IMG/VR virus record: IMGVR_UViG_3300011912_000001
From: an uncultured virus (IMG/VR IMGVR_UViG_3300011912_000001)
Taxonomy: Duplodnaviria > Heunggongvirae > Uroviricota > Caudoviricetes
Strand: one strand, 5' to 3'
DNA length: 64,000 nucleotides
A program made the position numbers and the translations under genes. Below are positions 30,270 through 40,177 of this stretch, in pieces; the first letter of the stretch is position 1; every line of letters begins with the position of its first letter. The notes below the pieces were generated by a model, which saw only the letters and a list, made by a program, of their open reading frames with translations, was not told the DNA's origin and made no database searches.

Positions 30270-32024
30270 TTATTTGAGTAAACGCATCAGTTGACGCATG
30301 GACTCTTGTTCTTGTTTATTCTTCCCGACAATCTTCTCGCCTAGCTTCTCTTTCTTCTGGATGACCGACCAGATGATTTCATCAATGGAATCGTTACTAA
30401 TCAAGTCGATGATGTTGTAGCGTTCGAGTTGCCCATCAATCCGGTGAATCCGTCCGTTACGCTGGGCACGGATACTAGGGTTCCATGGTAAGTCGTAGTT
30501 GAACAAGGCACCCGCATAACTGATGTTGATGCCGTAGTTGGCGGCGTCGGTACAGACAAAGAAGATACGGTCTGCGTTGAACTGGAAATCAACGAGGGAC
30601 TTCTGACGGTCGAGGGCTTTCATGCTCCCATCAATTCCTTGAGCAATCGCTTGTTCGCCGAACTCCAACGTCAAACGTTCTTCAATCAGTTTCTTCATTC
30701 GTGCGAATTGCGTGAAGACGACGATTTTCTTATTGCCGTTATCAATCTGCTCTCTACTGAGCTCTATGAGGGCTTCAAGTTTCGGAGAGGTCATAGCCTT
30801 CTTCCCGGGACGACCGACCTTCTGAGCCATCTGAGAGTCACTGAGCGTCAATAATTTCGGATGGTCGGAGGCGGATATCATCATCCCTAGGAAACCCATC
30901 ACCTGATTTTCTTTCGGGTGCGTGGTCGCTTCCGGGTTCTCTTTAAAATAAGCTTCGACTTCTTGAGAAAACGATTGGACGAGTTCATGGATGTTGCTCA
31001 TGATTTCCCGTTGTTCTTTGTTTAAATCCACATAGTACTGACTCTCGATGAGTGGAGGTAAGTCGGGTGCGACCTCTTCTTTCGTTCGACGAACCATGAA
31101 CGGAGCAATGTTCCGTCGAATTTCTCCTAGGCGTTTGGCACCAAGTGGAACGAACCGTCGACCGAACTTGGTCCCGGTGACGATATGCCGTTCACGGAAC
31201 TTTGTAATCGGACCTAGTGCCGTCTTATCAATCCAGCTCATGAGCGCATGGATTTCTTCAGGACGGTTCTGCATCGGTGTCCCGGTCAGTGCAAACTTAT
31301 AGGGAGCATCGAGTTGAATCAGTGCCTTATACGTTTGAGAAGACCGGTTCTTAATACGATGGGCTTCATCGACGACGATGACATCGAAGTCCATCCGTTT
31401 AAGAATATCAAGGTCATTGCGGACAAGTTCATAGTTGACGAGGCAATACATGATGCCTTCGTCTTCATACTGTTTGTAAAGCTTTTCTCGTTTCTTTGTT
31501 GTCCCGTCGATGACAAGGCTTGAATAGTCGGTGAACTTCTCGACTTCATTGCCCCATTGGTACTTCAAGGAAGCAGGACAAATGACCAACACTTTTTGGA
31601 TATGTCCTTGTCGATGGAGGATGTGGGCGGCGCCAATCGCTTGAATGGTTTTCCCTAAGCCCATGACATCACCAACGATGGCTTTCTTTTGATGGACTAA
31701 GAAGCTGATGCCAATCTTCTGATAAGGGAACGGTTCTAACTTCAGTTCATCTAAAAACAAATCAATGATAGGGAACTCCGGTGTCAGGTTTTCAATGATA
31801 CCTTTGACATTCTCAATCGGTTCATCGAAGACGGTTATGTCTTCTAAACGTTCAAGGACCGCGTCCAAGTGTTGATGGCGAACACGCCATGTGTAGAGTT
31901 CAGGATTGTATTCGGCGCCAAAGCCTTCAAGGAATTGACGGACGAAATTGTACTGGGCAGTAGACATCTGGGCGATAGTTTTTAAATAGAAATACGCTTC
32001 ATCATAATTAAATTTTAGGGCCAT
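30270..32024 (-). CDS. SNF2-family helicase/ATPase
   Basis: DVMGLGKT, VVDEAH, LTGTPMQN, RRTK, DLPWNP..QRNGRIHR. Confidence 0.92.
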   Translation of the reverse strand: MALKFNYDEAYFYLKTIAQMSTAQYNFVRQFLEGFGAEYNPELYTWRVRHQHLDAVLERLEDITVFDEPIENVKGIIENLTPEFPIIDLFLDELKLEPFPYQKIGISFLVHQKKAIVGDVMGLGKTIQAIGAAHILHRQGHIQKVLVICPASLKYQWGNEVEKFTDYSSLVIDGTTKKREKLYKQYEDEGIMYCLVNYELVRNDLDILKRMDFDVIVVDEAHRIKNRSSQTYKALIQLDAPYKFALTGTPMQNRPEEIHALMSWIDKTALGPITKFRERHIVTGTKFGRRFVPLGAKRLGEIRRNIAPFMVRRTKEEVAPDLPPLIESQYYVDLNKEQREIMSNIHELVQSFSQEVEAYFKENPEATTHPKENQVMGFLGMMISASDHPKLLTLSDSQMAQKVGRPGKKAMTSPKLEALIELSREQIDNGNKKIVVFTQFARMKKLIEERLTLEFGEQAIAQGIDGSMKALDRQKSLVDFQFNADRIFFVCTDAANYGINISYAGALFNYDLPWNPSIRAQRNGRIHRIDGQLERYNIIDLISNDSIDEIIWSVIQKKEKLGEKIVGKNKQEQESMRQLMRLLK

Positions 32025-32030
32025 ACAGAC

Positions 32031-32831
32031 TCACCTTTCTTGAGAGGTTTGTAACTGCTTGTCTCTTTTAAGTTGTCGAATCCGTCCATCTCGTTGAGCT
32101 CGAATGTTTTTTTTACGAACAAATTCTTTGAACACCCAAGGAGTAAATCCTTCAGATAAGATTAACTCTAGCATTAAAGCATTTTTAGTGGGATGCTTTA
32201 AAGCAAGAAGAGGTCGAACAGTATGGTTCGTCAACATCGCTTCTTTCATTGCTTTTTCTCGACTGGCGCCAGACATGTATAAATAAAAGAAACGACGAAT
32301 GTTATCGTCTGTAATTTGCGGAGAGCCATTTCTTCCTCTTCCCATAGGACCTCGCTCTAAATATTGTTCAGGGTTTTTAATTCGGTGAGAACGAATGTAT
32401 TCTTCGGTAATGTCTTGGTAGGACTGGCGATACCGAATGCGATGAATCTTAGGTTTACTGACACCAGTCAACTCAGAAACTTCCCCGGTGGTAATCGGTT
32501 TCTCAAAAAGAATCCGCAACACCTGATAAACTTGTTCACGGGATAAAGAACGTAATTTATTTGGAACCCCTTTTCTTGCTTTACTTCTTTGTATCAGAAC
32601 ATGCTTATGCAATTCTTCTAGATATTTATTATATGTGACATCAAGTTCTGTTAAAGCATCATGGAAAGCATCCCAATAAATAGTTCCTCTATAATAGTCA
32701 GGATTATGGGTGAGCTTTTTTATAAATGCTCTGGACATATCGTAATTCTCAAGAATTTCTTCATAAGAAACACCATAAAATCTATCAATCATTGCTTCTT
32801 TAACATTTTCGAGAGTAAATTTAAGTGCCAT
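32031..32831 (-). CDS. Protein with repeated HTH-like DNA-binding modules of the kind found in homing endonucleases
   Basis: LSREQV..EVSELTGVSKPKIHRIR..SY and ITDDNI repeats; AT-rich; no HNH or GIY-YIG motif seen. Confidence 0.55.
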   Translation of the reverse strand: MALKFTLENVKEAMIDRFYGVSYEEILENYDMSRAFIKKLTHNPDYYRGTIYWDAFHDALTELDVTYNKYLEELHKHVLIQRSKARKGVPNKLRSLSREQVYQVLRILFEKPITTGEVSELTGVSKPKIHRIRYRQSYQDITEEYIRSHRIKNPEQYLERGPMGRGRNGSPQITDDNIRRFFYLYMSGASREKAMKEAMLTNHTVRPLLALKHPTKNALMLELILSEGFTPWVFKEFVRKKNIRAQRDGRIRQLKRDKQLQTSQER

Positions 32832-32874
32832 AGTTATCTCCTTCCTATCTTCTAATTATACCAAAAAAGACCTG

Positions 32875-33486
32875 TCAAAGGACAGGTCCGACAAAGCATT
32901 CTGCACAACGTGGTGCATACGTAAATTCATTTTCTCCGCCGTGAGCGGCATCGATGACGACAAGCTCGCCTTCCAGTGAAGGTTCCCCGTGGAGCAAGCG
33001 TTGGTTTTCGGAAGCAGGTGCTTCACAGATGTCGCATTCTGCATGACAAGCCTCTTGGTGCTCGAACAACTCCTGAAGCATCTCGAACAACGGGAAAGGA
33101 TTCCCTTGGTAGTCATGGTATAGACATGCGATGTAAACTTCAACTCCCCATTGCATGAGCAAATCAACAAAAACTGGGAGTAAAGTAGGAGCGAATTGCG
33201 CTTCGTCAATGAAGACGGCAACTGGTCCATGGTAATCCTTTAAGGATAAGAAATGATAATCTGTTAGGAGGTGAATCAAATCTTCGGATGATTGACCCTG
33301 AAGGTGTCGTGCTTGCAACGTGGTATCGAGCGCGCGACTGTTGATGGTATTACGTAAAAAAGAATAGTGTAAGACATGATAGCCTTGTGCTTCTTTTTCG
33401 ATAGAAAGTTCAATCAGTTTCTTACTTTTTTCTGAAAACATTGGACCGTAAATTAATGTGGATGTTGCAATATATGTGGTTTTCAT
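32875..33486 (-). CDS. tdk: Thymidine kinase
   Basis: GPMFSEKS, FIDEAQF, CDIC and RCAEC zinc site. Confidence 0.88.
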   Translation of the reverse strand: MKTTYIATSTLIYGPMFSEKSKKLIELSIEKEAQGYHVLHYSFLRNTINSRALDTTLQARHLQGQSSEDLIHLLTDYHFLSLKDYHGPVAVFIDEAQFAPTLLPVFVDLLMQWGVEVYIACLYHDYQGNPFPLFEMLQELFEHQEACHAECDICEAPASENQRLLHGEPSLEGELVVIDAAHGGENEFTYAPRCAECFVGPVL

Positions 33487-33502
33487 GAGAGGCTCCTATG
33501 CG

Positions 33503-33886
33503 TTAGTTCGTGTCTTCGTGACCGGGTTTTTTTGGAATCGGGCGGGCAACGCGGTTGCCAATAGGTTCGACCCACTTATGACGGCAATTCCGTTTCATAC
33601 AACTGTACTGGACACGTGTTTTCATAACATCTTCATAGGCTTTATTATGTGAACATTCTGGACAAATCTTTTCGACGTAACGATGTTTGTAACTGTTGCC
33701 CTTGGTCTTACTTCCTCGTGACACCATACGATATTGTGCCGGTTGTTTCCCCTGCTCTGGCTGGTTATTCTCCAATGTCGTTCCCCCTAGTTTGTTGGAC
33801 TGATTCGATAATCGCTTGAAGTTGGTGATACGATAACACCTTACGACCAATCCGGTTGATGGATTCAGGAGAGCTTGCTTTGGCAA
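33503..33886 (-). CDS. Small zinc-ribbon protein (start probably near 33775)
   Basis: CPEC...CMKRNC. Confidence 0.5.
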   Translation of the reverse strand: MPKQALLNPSTGLVVRCYRITNFKRLSNQSNKLGGTTLENNQPEQGKQPAQYRMVSRGSKTKGNSYKHRYVEKICPECSHNKAYEDVMKTRVQYSCMKRNCRHKWVEPIGNRVARPIPKKPGHEDTN

Positions 33887-34043
33887 TCAATTCTTGAACC
33901 AACCAGTCGGGGATGTCGACTTCATCAAATATCTTCCAGTAACACAAAACCAGTAGGAGTTTGTCATTACGAGACTCTGGTATCGCATCAAATAAATACG
34001 AGACCCGTTGGACCAGCGTATCCAGTTTTAACTCTTCTGACAT
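33765..34043 (-). CDS. Hypothetical protein
   Basis: GAGGGAG RBS after a promoter. Confidence 0.6.
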   Translation of the reverse strand: MSEELKLDTLVQRVSYLFDAIPESRNDKLLLVLCYWKIFDEVDIPDWLVQELIAKASSPESINRIGRKVLSYHQLQAIIESVQQTRGNDIGE

Positions 34044-34081
34044 ATCAAAAACTCCCTCTTAGTTGTGTTTTACTAATGTAA

Positions 34082-34108
34082 ATTATAGCACAAATAATAG
34101 GGAGTCAA
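34082..34108 (-). promoter_or_regulatory. Extended -10 sigmaA promoter candidate
   Basis: TGCTATAAT with TTGACT upstream (15-nt spacer). Confidence 0.6.
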
Positions 34109-34184
34109 TAGGAAATTTTTCAAAAAACACGAACATTCGTCATAATATAGACACTATTTAGAGTTTAAAAGAGAAAATACCGAA

Positions 34185-34679
34185 TCATTTCTTAAATTTG
34201 CGTAGTAATTGTTCGCGTTTCTTTAAAAAAGGTTCGTACTCGTGGATGCCTTGTTCCGACATTTTGGAAGCATCTACTTCCAATTTTAGGATAGAATTAA
34301 TATCATTGATAGCTTCGGTGAGTGCTTGGAATTCCGACTCTAAGTATTCATAGAATGGACTTTCAACAAGAAGACTTGTCTGGAGTTCAATGACTTGGTC
34401 GTGGATTCCAGCCAGTGCTATCTTAGCACGCATTTCCATTGCGTTCCAATCTTCAGGTTTGAGTTGTTCTTGGGTCTCCGGGTTCATCGCTTTCGGTAAT
34501 TCGATAGGCGATTTTGGGAGCGGTGGCGAGACTTTGCGTTCTTTGTCTTTGTTCGCCCATGCATCCAAGTTCTTTAGGTTTGGAATCAATTGAGAACCTG
34601 ATTGTTTCATTTTTTGTTGACGGGCTTCGGTGTCGGCTTTGATACGTTGAATCAAGTCGTTCATTTTATCATTTGACAT
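34185..34679 (-). CDS. Hypothetical protein
   Basis: Start MSNDK after AAGGAGAAGG. Confidence 0.6.
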   Translation of the reverse strand: MSNDKMNDLIQRIKADTEARQQKMKQSGSQLIPNLKNLDAWANKDKERKVSPPLPKSPIELPKAMNPETQEQLKPEDWNAMEMRAKIALAGIHDQVIELQTSLLVESPFYEYLESEFQALTEAINDINSILKLEVDASKMSEQGIHEYEPFLKKREQLLRKFKK

Positions 34680-34695
34680 GTAGACCTTCTCCTTT

Positions 34696-34923
34696 TTATT
34701 GTTCTTTGATAGTAAAGCGTTCTTTTTTGCAATCAATGCATTTGAGAACCGACCGTTGGCGTAATACCGATACGCCATTGACGTCGAAATCAAGAGGCAA
34801 AGCGCCCCCATCTTCATAGTGTTTGTGAACCAAGTATTGTTTTTCTTCATATACAAATGCCTCCCCGCATGTACATCGTGAAAAATCTTCAGCTATTCTC
34901 ATTGAGTTCATCTCCATCTTCAT
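34696..34923 (-). CDS. Small zinc-binding protein
   Basis: CTCG...CIDC. Confidence 0.55.
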   Translation of the reverse strand: MKMEMNSMRIAEDFSRCTCGEAFVYEEKQYLVHKHYEDGGALPLDFDVNGVSVLRQRSVLKCIDCKKERFTIKEQ

Positions 34924-35464
34924 CAGCAGGTTTTAATCGTTTGGCACGTGGGATATATTTTTCATGTTCTTCCAAGACTTCATCGTTAGTAGGAATTTCA
35001 AAAGTGTGGAGCTCTGGATTCTCAATCACTTCAATCAATCTGTCTCGTTGTTCTTGGACCTCTTGTTCGGTCATACCGTAAAATGTAATCTCATAGATGA
35101 TATGAGCAAGGACTTCTTCGACTAACATCTGATGGGTGTTGACCCATTCTTGAATGAGCACGTCGACGTTATAGGCCAACAGTTCATTCCATGGAAGCAT
35201 ATCGCATGCATACGACTTCCCACCTTCCCCTTCACGGAAGAGAGTCACTTCATAGGCTGGATAATCTTCGGGTTCGTCAGGGGCGTGTGAGACGAACCAG
35301 TAAGATAAGCTGGTGTCCGCCTCAGGAGAAAGTTCAAGCATGAACATTTCTTGTAAGACTTCTTTGTAATGCGAAGCATCTTTGTATCCATATTGTTCTT
35401 CTAAGACTTCTTCGAAGATAGCAAAGTCTAAATCGGGGATACTGAGCAGTTGTTGTAAATTCAT
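34889..35464 (-). CDS. Acidic hypothetical protein (DUF6557-like)
   Basis: PWNELL...LAHIIYEITFYG. Confidence 0.6.
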   Translation of the reverse strand: MNLQQLLSIPDLDFAIFEEVLEEQYGYKDASHYKEVLQEMFMLELSPEADTSLSYWFVSHAPDEPEDYPAYEVTLFREGEGGKSYACDMLPWNELLAYNVDVLIQEWVNTHQMLVEEVLAHIIYEITFYGMTEQEVQEQRDRLIEVIENPELHTFEIPTNDEVLEEHEKYIPRAKRLKPADEDGDELNENS

Positions 35465-35476
35465 CAGAAGACTCCT

Positions 35477-35929
35477 TTATAGTTGAGTAGTACGACAATC
35501 AGATGGATGTTTATCATCCCGTCGTCGGAGGAACACCATGTTTGCAGAATACCCTTCCTCTGGTAGACGTGCTGGTAATTTTACATCAATGACAGCTCCT
35601 AACCAAAGTTGAGGATTGTCACGTATCTCTGTTCCGAATTCTTCAGAAAGTTCGCCCGCTCCTATGGAAACAAGTTTCCCTTCAGGATTGTACTGAGAGA
35701 CATAAAAGATACCGGGAATATCATAATAAAAGCGGCGGCTGATATTGAACCATTCAGGTCCCGGACAATTCCCTTCTCTTTTTTCAAAGGTAAAGGGATT
35801 GTGCCAATATTTTGATTGATTACCAAGATAAGGACTAGGGCCAATATCGGTGATGATAACAGTCTCATAGCGGGTATCTGTAAGCTTATGAGAATGATGG
35901 TCGGAAGAGGGAAAGTTCATCTTAGTCAC
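35477..35929 (-). CDS. Stand-alone domain resembling the C-terminal OB fold of ATP-dependent DNA ligase
   Basis: GKLVSIG.GELSEE..NPQLWLGAVIDVK..VFLRRRDDK..DC. Confidence 0.5.
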   Translation of the reverse strand: MTKMNFPSSDHHSHKLTDTRYETVIITDIGPSPYLGNQSKYWHNPFTFEKREGNCPGPEWFNISRRFYYDIPGIFYVSQYNPEGKLVSIGAGELSEEFGTEIRDNPQLWLGAVIDVKLPARLPEEGYSANMVFLRRRDDKHPSDCRTTQL

Positions 35930-36701
35930 CTTTTTCTTCTAATAATTTGCGGAGCCGGGCGTTCTCTTCTTCGAGGTTTCGAATCTCATGAATCATTTCC
36001 ACTTCATGATTGAAGTCTTTAATCAAGTAGATGTCTTCACTATTCTTGTAACCGAAAGGCAGATACCAGAACGGTTTCCCTTCTTGGAAGGCTTCCTTCT
36101 CTTGCTTATCCAGCCATTCTTTTGGAATTGAAATCGTCTTCTCCCCACGTCCATTGACGGTCCCGCGTTCCTTACATTCCATCAAGGCATGTTCGACGCG
36201 GATGTCACCTTTCGAATGCCACATGGCACCGCTATTGACCTGACGACGGGCTTCGTCCTTGCGCCCGCTACTACCAGTTCTTGAATAGGCGGATAACTTG
36301 TTTGGTGACGAAGTAGATGATGGGTTCGAGGAAGACTTCGACGACAGATTCAACCCGGTCACGGACGGCGTAGGTTTTGGTCTTGGTGCGTCGTTCGATG
36401 CGGTCGTAGAATCGGGGGCGAAGATTTCTTCCCCTAGTCTTGGTTTTGTGATTTTGTTTTTCTTTTTCGTGCTTCCATTCCATGCCTTAGCCACCCTTTT
36501 CTCAAACCCCATACCTTCTTTTTTCTCTTTGTTATAGGTACGAAGCAATTCATGTTTCTTTTCTTCTTTGTTGCGTTCACGTTGGGCGCGCTTCTCTGCT
36601 TTTTGTTCGCGCGTATTCTTATACAAGCTTTCACCATCACAGAGATGACAGAGTGCGGAGTTCTCACACTTGTTATGCATCTCCGGTGTACATTTATACA
36701 C
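35922..36701 (-). CDS. Hjc-like PD-(D/E)XK resolvase with low-complexity insert
   Basis: FEKRVA, RRQVNSGA..KGDI..LMECK. Confidence 0.7.
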   Translation of the reverse strand: MYKCTPEMHNKCENSALCHLCDGESLYKNTREQKAEKRAQRERNKEEKKHELLRTYNKEKKEGMGFEKRVAKAWNGSTKKKNKITKPRLGEEIFAPDSTTASNDAPRPKPTPSVTGLNLSSKSSSNPSSTSSPNKLSAYSRTGSSGRKDEARRQVNSGAMWHSKGDIRVEHALMECKERGTVNGRGEKTISIPKEWLDKQEKEAFQEGKPFWYLPFGYKNSEDIYLIKDFNHEVEMIHEIRNLEEENARLRKLLEEKGD

Positions 36702-36942
36702 GGTCGGCGACTTTCTTCAACGCATTCTCAAACATCTGGTTATTCATGCGGATATAAAAAGCAGAGAGATATTGTTGCATGACTTCATCAATAGGTAAAT
36801 CTTTTAACTCTTGTTCGAGTTCTTGTTCCGAAAGTTCAATGCCAAACTCTTTATATTGAGCGGCTATCATTTCTTTTAAGTGTTGCTGGTCAATCGCATA
36901 TAATCTAGATTCCAATGTTCTCTTCCTCTCTCTGTTGAACAA
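36694..36942 (-). CDS. Hypothetical protein
   Basis: Operon overlap. Confidence 0.5.
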   Translation of the reverse strand: MFNRERKRTLESRLYAIDQQHLKEMIAAQYKEFGIELSEQELEQELKDLPIDEVMQQYLSAFYIRMNNQMFENALKKVADRV

Positions 36943-37267
36943 ACGTTTGAGTGATAAATTCTTGATAGACGTCGGCGCGGGTCATGTTCGCATTCTTTTC
37001 ATATACAGTAATGATAGCATTCTTACTGACGATAGCAATGAAATTAGAACAGCGGACGAGTGCAAATTTGGAACGTCCATTCGTATACTTTTCTTCAGAG
37101 TAGGTAAAGTGGCCTTTGCGCCACGCTTCTTTGACCTCCCGACGAATCAAGTTGATGACATTGTCGCGGGATGCATGTTTTTTGCCAATCCGTTGTTTGT
37201 AACGACGAATCGCATGCGCTTTCACTCGCATCATTTTCGGTTGCATGGGATACACCTTCTTTATCAA
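36905..37267 (-). CDS. Hypothetical protein
   Basis: HAIRRYKQR and IITV motifs. Confidence 0.55.
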   Translation of the reverse strand: MIKKVYPMQPKMMRVKAHAIRRYKQRIGKKHASRDNVINLIRREVKEAWRKGHFTYSEEKYTNGRSKFALVRCSNFIAIVSKNAIITVYEKNANMTRADVYQEFITQTFVQQREEENIGI

Positions 37268-37334
37268 TAAAGTAAGAGGTCCCCTTAACCAAAACCAATT
37301 GCATGGGATGGTGTCAAGGGACCTCTTCTAGAAA

Positions 37335-37802
37335 TTAACTGTGACCCGATAATTCTTTATCGAGTTTGAGTAGACCGGTAATCGTCACCAGACGACTTTG
37401 TTTCTTATCTAAGATGTCAACGAGACTATCAATGAGTTCGTTACGATGATTGACTTGCTGATAGATTTGATACAAATTGAACACTTCTGTTCCCTCTTTA
37501 TCATCAGCCCGGTACTCCCGGACGGCGTCGGTCGCATTCTTACGACGGTCGGTTTCGTTCTTGCCTGTAGCGTTTGCCCGTTCGATTTCCTTAATCAAGG
37601 ATTCAACACGGCTCCGTTCACTGGATAAGATGGCATAGTCAAGGCGAAGTTCAGAGTACAAGTCATCGATTTGAGCAATGATGACACGGGCGACCGTCGG
37701 CGTGATGTCTTGGGTAATTTGAATACCAAAGACTTGAGAACGGACTTGATTGAAGCGGAACATAAAATCAGCGTTGGATACATAAGCGATGTGGTTAGAC
37801 AT
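37335..37802 (-). CDS. Hypothetical coiled-coil protein
   Basis: AAAGGAG RBS. Confidence 0.65.
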   Translation of the reverse strand: MSNHIAYVSNADFMFRFNQVRSQVFGIQITQDITPTVARVIIAQIDDLYSELRLDYAILSSERSRVESLIKEIERANATGKNETDRRKNATDAVREYRADDKEGTEVFNLYQIYQQVNHRNELIDSLVDILDKKQSRLVTITGLLKLDKELSGHS

Positions 37803-37831
37803 GGGGAGATGTCTCCTTTCGAGTTAAGAAC

Positions 37832-38425
37832 TTACAATTCAAGTTTGTGTGCCATCTCAATCAGCAAGTGGGCTTTGACTTGTTCGATGTCGTCTTCTCC
37901 ATCAAGGGCAATCGGATTTTCTTCGGCGACATATTCTAGATAATGAGCACGGACTTTTGAAAGCAAAGTGTGGTCGCTTTCATAACGGTCATTGACGCCG
38001 TGTTTTCCTTGACGCTTCATGCTTGTCTCCGGGGAAACATCAACGTAAATAGTATAATCGGGGTCTGGTATCGTGTTCCAGAGCGCAATCGCCAAGTCTT
38101 GGTCAACGCCATTGGCTTGGGAGTAGACATATTGACTGAGTTTGTAGCGGTCAAGAATCAAATAGTCATACCCTTCTTGTGCAAGCATCTGGAAATCAGG
38201 GACAGCGGCAATCTTGTCGGCGGCCATGATGAGCTCCATCGCTTGTTGGGGAGCATGGTATTCTCCGTACAAGAATTTCTTAATGAGTTGACCGGTTGGG
38301 GTCGAATACCGATGGAAATCCATGTGACCGACTTTGAATCCTTTTGAATCGAGATAGTCTGCTAGGTGATGACTGAGCGTGGCTTTCCCCGCCTTATCCA
38401 GTCCTTCGAATGCAATGATTTTCAT
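37832..38425 (-). CDS. tmk: Thymidylate kinase
   Basis: IAFEGLDKAGKAT, ILDRY, PDYTIYVDV. Confidence 0.92.
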   Translation of the reverse strand: MKIIAFEGLDKAGKATLSHHLADYLDSKGFKVGHMDFHRYSTPTGQLIKKFLYGEYHAPQQAMELIMAADKIAAVPDFQMLAQEGYDYLILDRYKLSQYVYSQANGVDQDLAIALWNTIPDPDYTIYVDVSPETSMKRQGKHGVNDRYESDHTLLSKVRAHYLEYVAEENPIALDGEDDIEQVKAHLLIEMAHKLEL

Positions 38426-38436
38426 ATGATAGCTCC

Positions 38437-39465
38437 TTAACGAGATAACCGAATGAATCGGTCATGTTGTTTAATCAATGAAGGGAGATTTTTTAAATCA
38501 TCAGGGATGTGAATAATCGGATAATTAAAACGAACAAAGTAATCGGTTAATGTCATACCAATGGTGGTCTGAGCAGATTCTTTATCAATCAATAAGACTT
38601 CGGCATCCCGCATGATTTGTTTCACTGTCGACTCCATTTCTGTTCCATAGATATTGGTGACGCGGAAACCCATGTTTCGCAATACTTCATCGCGTTGACG
38701 AACAGTGTTCATGTTGTCTTTCGAAAGAGACGGGTAATGAATGATAGTGAAATTACTGTAGTCTTTTAGTGACTGAGCAGAATGTTTAAAGATAAGGCTG
38801 ATGCCTTCAGGATTATTCTTATAGTAAGCGGCGTCGACGATATCTCCCGGTTTCACTTTGTAATCCGCGATATCGGAATGGGACAGACATGCAACGTAAG
38901 GCTCTCCGCTTTCAAGCAGGTGGTTGTTGCCGTAAATGTCTTTTGTCAAACAAAGTCCCCGTGAGGTTTTTTCAACAACAAATTCAGACAGTTGGACGCG
39001 CTCTGGGTTCTCGCCACCAGTCTTTTTAAAGATGGTGAAGTTGCGGCGAATCCGATTCTCATGCGTGTAAGGAGGACCACTTTTGACAAGGTCTCCATCG
39101 GATAGCCCCATGTCTCGTACCATTTGTTCGGGTAAGAAGTAATCACCTTTTGGAAGCAGGACGATGCCCCCACGAAGTTTTCGTTTGAATACATAGACAG
39201 GTTCTTCTTCTTCCTCTTCTGGCTCTGGAAGCGGAGGAACTAATTCCTTTTCAACGATAGGAGAGAAATAGGAAGATGATTCAATCTTTAAATCTTCTCG
39301 AATATCAATGAGCTTATCAATGGAAAGAATCAAAGATTGAATGTCTGCCCATTGATTGGAATAATCTTCAGGGTCGTCGAAAATAGAAACCGCATCAATC
39401 TTTTCAAGTAGTTCTTTTTTGTATAAATCAAATAGGTCTTGCATCATCGTCGATTTAGATTGCAT
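38437..39465 (-). CDS. Hypothetical protein (DUF2325-like family)
   Basis: YVFKRKLRGG..FLPEQMVR..GD and GDIVDAAY. Confidence 0.6.
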   Translation of the reverse strand: MQSKSTMMQDLFDLYKKELLEKIDAVSIFDDPEDYSNQWADIQSLILSIDKLIDIREDLKIESSSYFSPIVEKELVPPLPEPEEEEEEPVYVFKRKLRGGIVLLPKGDYFLPEQMVRDMGLSDGDLVKSGPPYTHENRIRRNFTIFKKTGGENPERVQLSEFVVEKTSRGLCLTKDIYGNNHLLESGEPYVACLSHSDIADYKVKPGDIVDAAYYKNNPEGISLIFKHSAQSLKDYSNFTIIHYPSLSKDNMNTVRQRDEVLRNMGFRVTNIYGTEMESTVKQIMRDAEVLLIDKESAQTTIGMTLTDYFVRFNYPIIHIPDDLKNLPSLIKQHDRFIRLSR

Positions 39466-39514
39466 GGTCGAACTCCTTTTCTAAAAAAGGAGCGGTTGCC
39501 CGCCCCCATAGATA

Positions 39515-40138
39515 TCATTTTGTCGAACCGTGGCCGCCTGTACGTTTGCCACCTGCTACATCATCATCTGTCTTTAAGAAAGGTTGGAAGACACCCTGAC
39601 CAATTCTCGTTCCTTTTTTAATTGTGACGGGGAATAAACCAAAGTTGATGAACTGGAACATGATGTGTCCATCGTTGTCTTCATTCTCAAAATAATCTTT
39701 GTCGATGACGCCGACACCATTGCCAAGGAGCAAGAAGTTCTTCATCGGATTACTAGAACGGTTGTAGAGCATCAGGGCTTCATCGTCTCCCATGTTGGCT
39801 TTGACGCCTGTAGGGACGAGCGTCGGCTTCAATGCTTTACGCCATGAGTTCTCGCCGTTTGCTTTCTCTGCTTCTTCGACAACGTTCTCATCGACTTGAG
39901 CACTTGTCGCAATACCTTCTAATGAATTAATCGTATACGTTTCTTTTTCTTCTCCGAACTCATAGGTACGGACATGAGGAACGATGTTTAAGCCTTTGAC
40001 CCATTGCCAAATAGCAGGGTAAATCGTGACATCTTCAGCGGCTTCGAAATCATAACCAGCCGCATGTGTTGTCTGACGTTGAGGTAAATTAATGTTCTCT
40101 TCTTCAAAACCTTTTGCAACCTTAAAATAACGTGACAT
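39515..40138 (-). CDS. dut: Trimeric dUTPase with an insertion
   Basis: AAGYDF, RSS, GVIDKDY, RIGQGVF, RTGGHGST; start reassigned after GGAGG. Confidence 0.93.
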   Translation of the reverse strand: MSRYFKVAKGFEEENINLPQRQTTHAAGYDFEAAEDVTIYPAIWQWVKGLNIVPHVRTYEFGEEKETYTINSLEGIATSAQVDENVVEEAEKANGENSWRKALKPTLVPTGVKANMGDDEALMLYNRSSNPMKNFLLLGNGVGVIDKDYFENEDNDGHIMFQFINFGLFPVTIKKGTRIGQGVFQPFLKTDDDVAGGKRTGGHGSTK

Positions 40139-40177
40139 GTAAAGAACTCCTCCTAATATCAAATAGAAATCTATAGA

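Noticed and set aside
28180..34145. LexA (Cheo) boxes near 28185 and 34130
   Set aside because: Only half-site matches to CGAAC-N4-GTTCG
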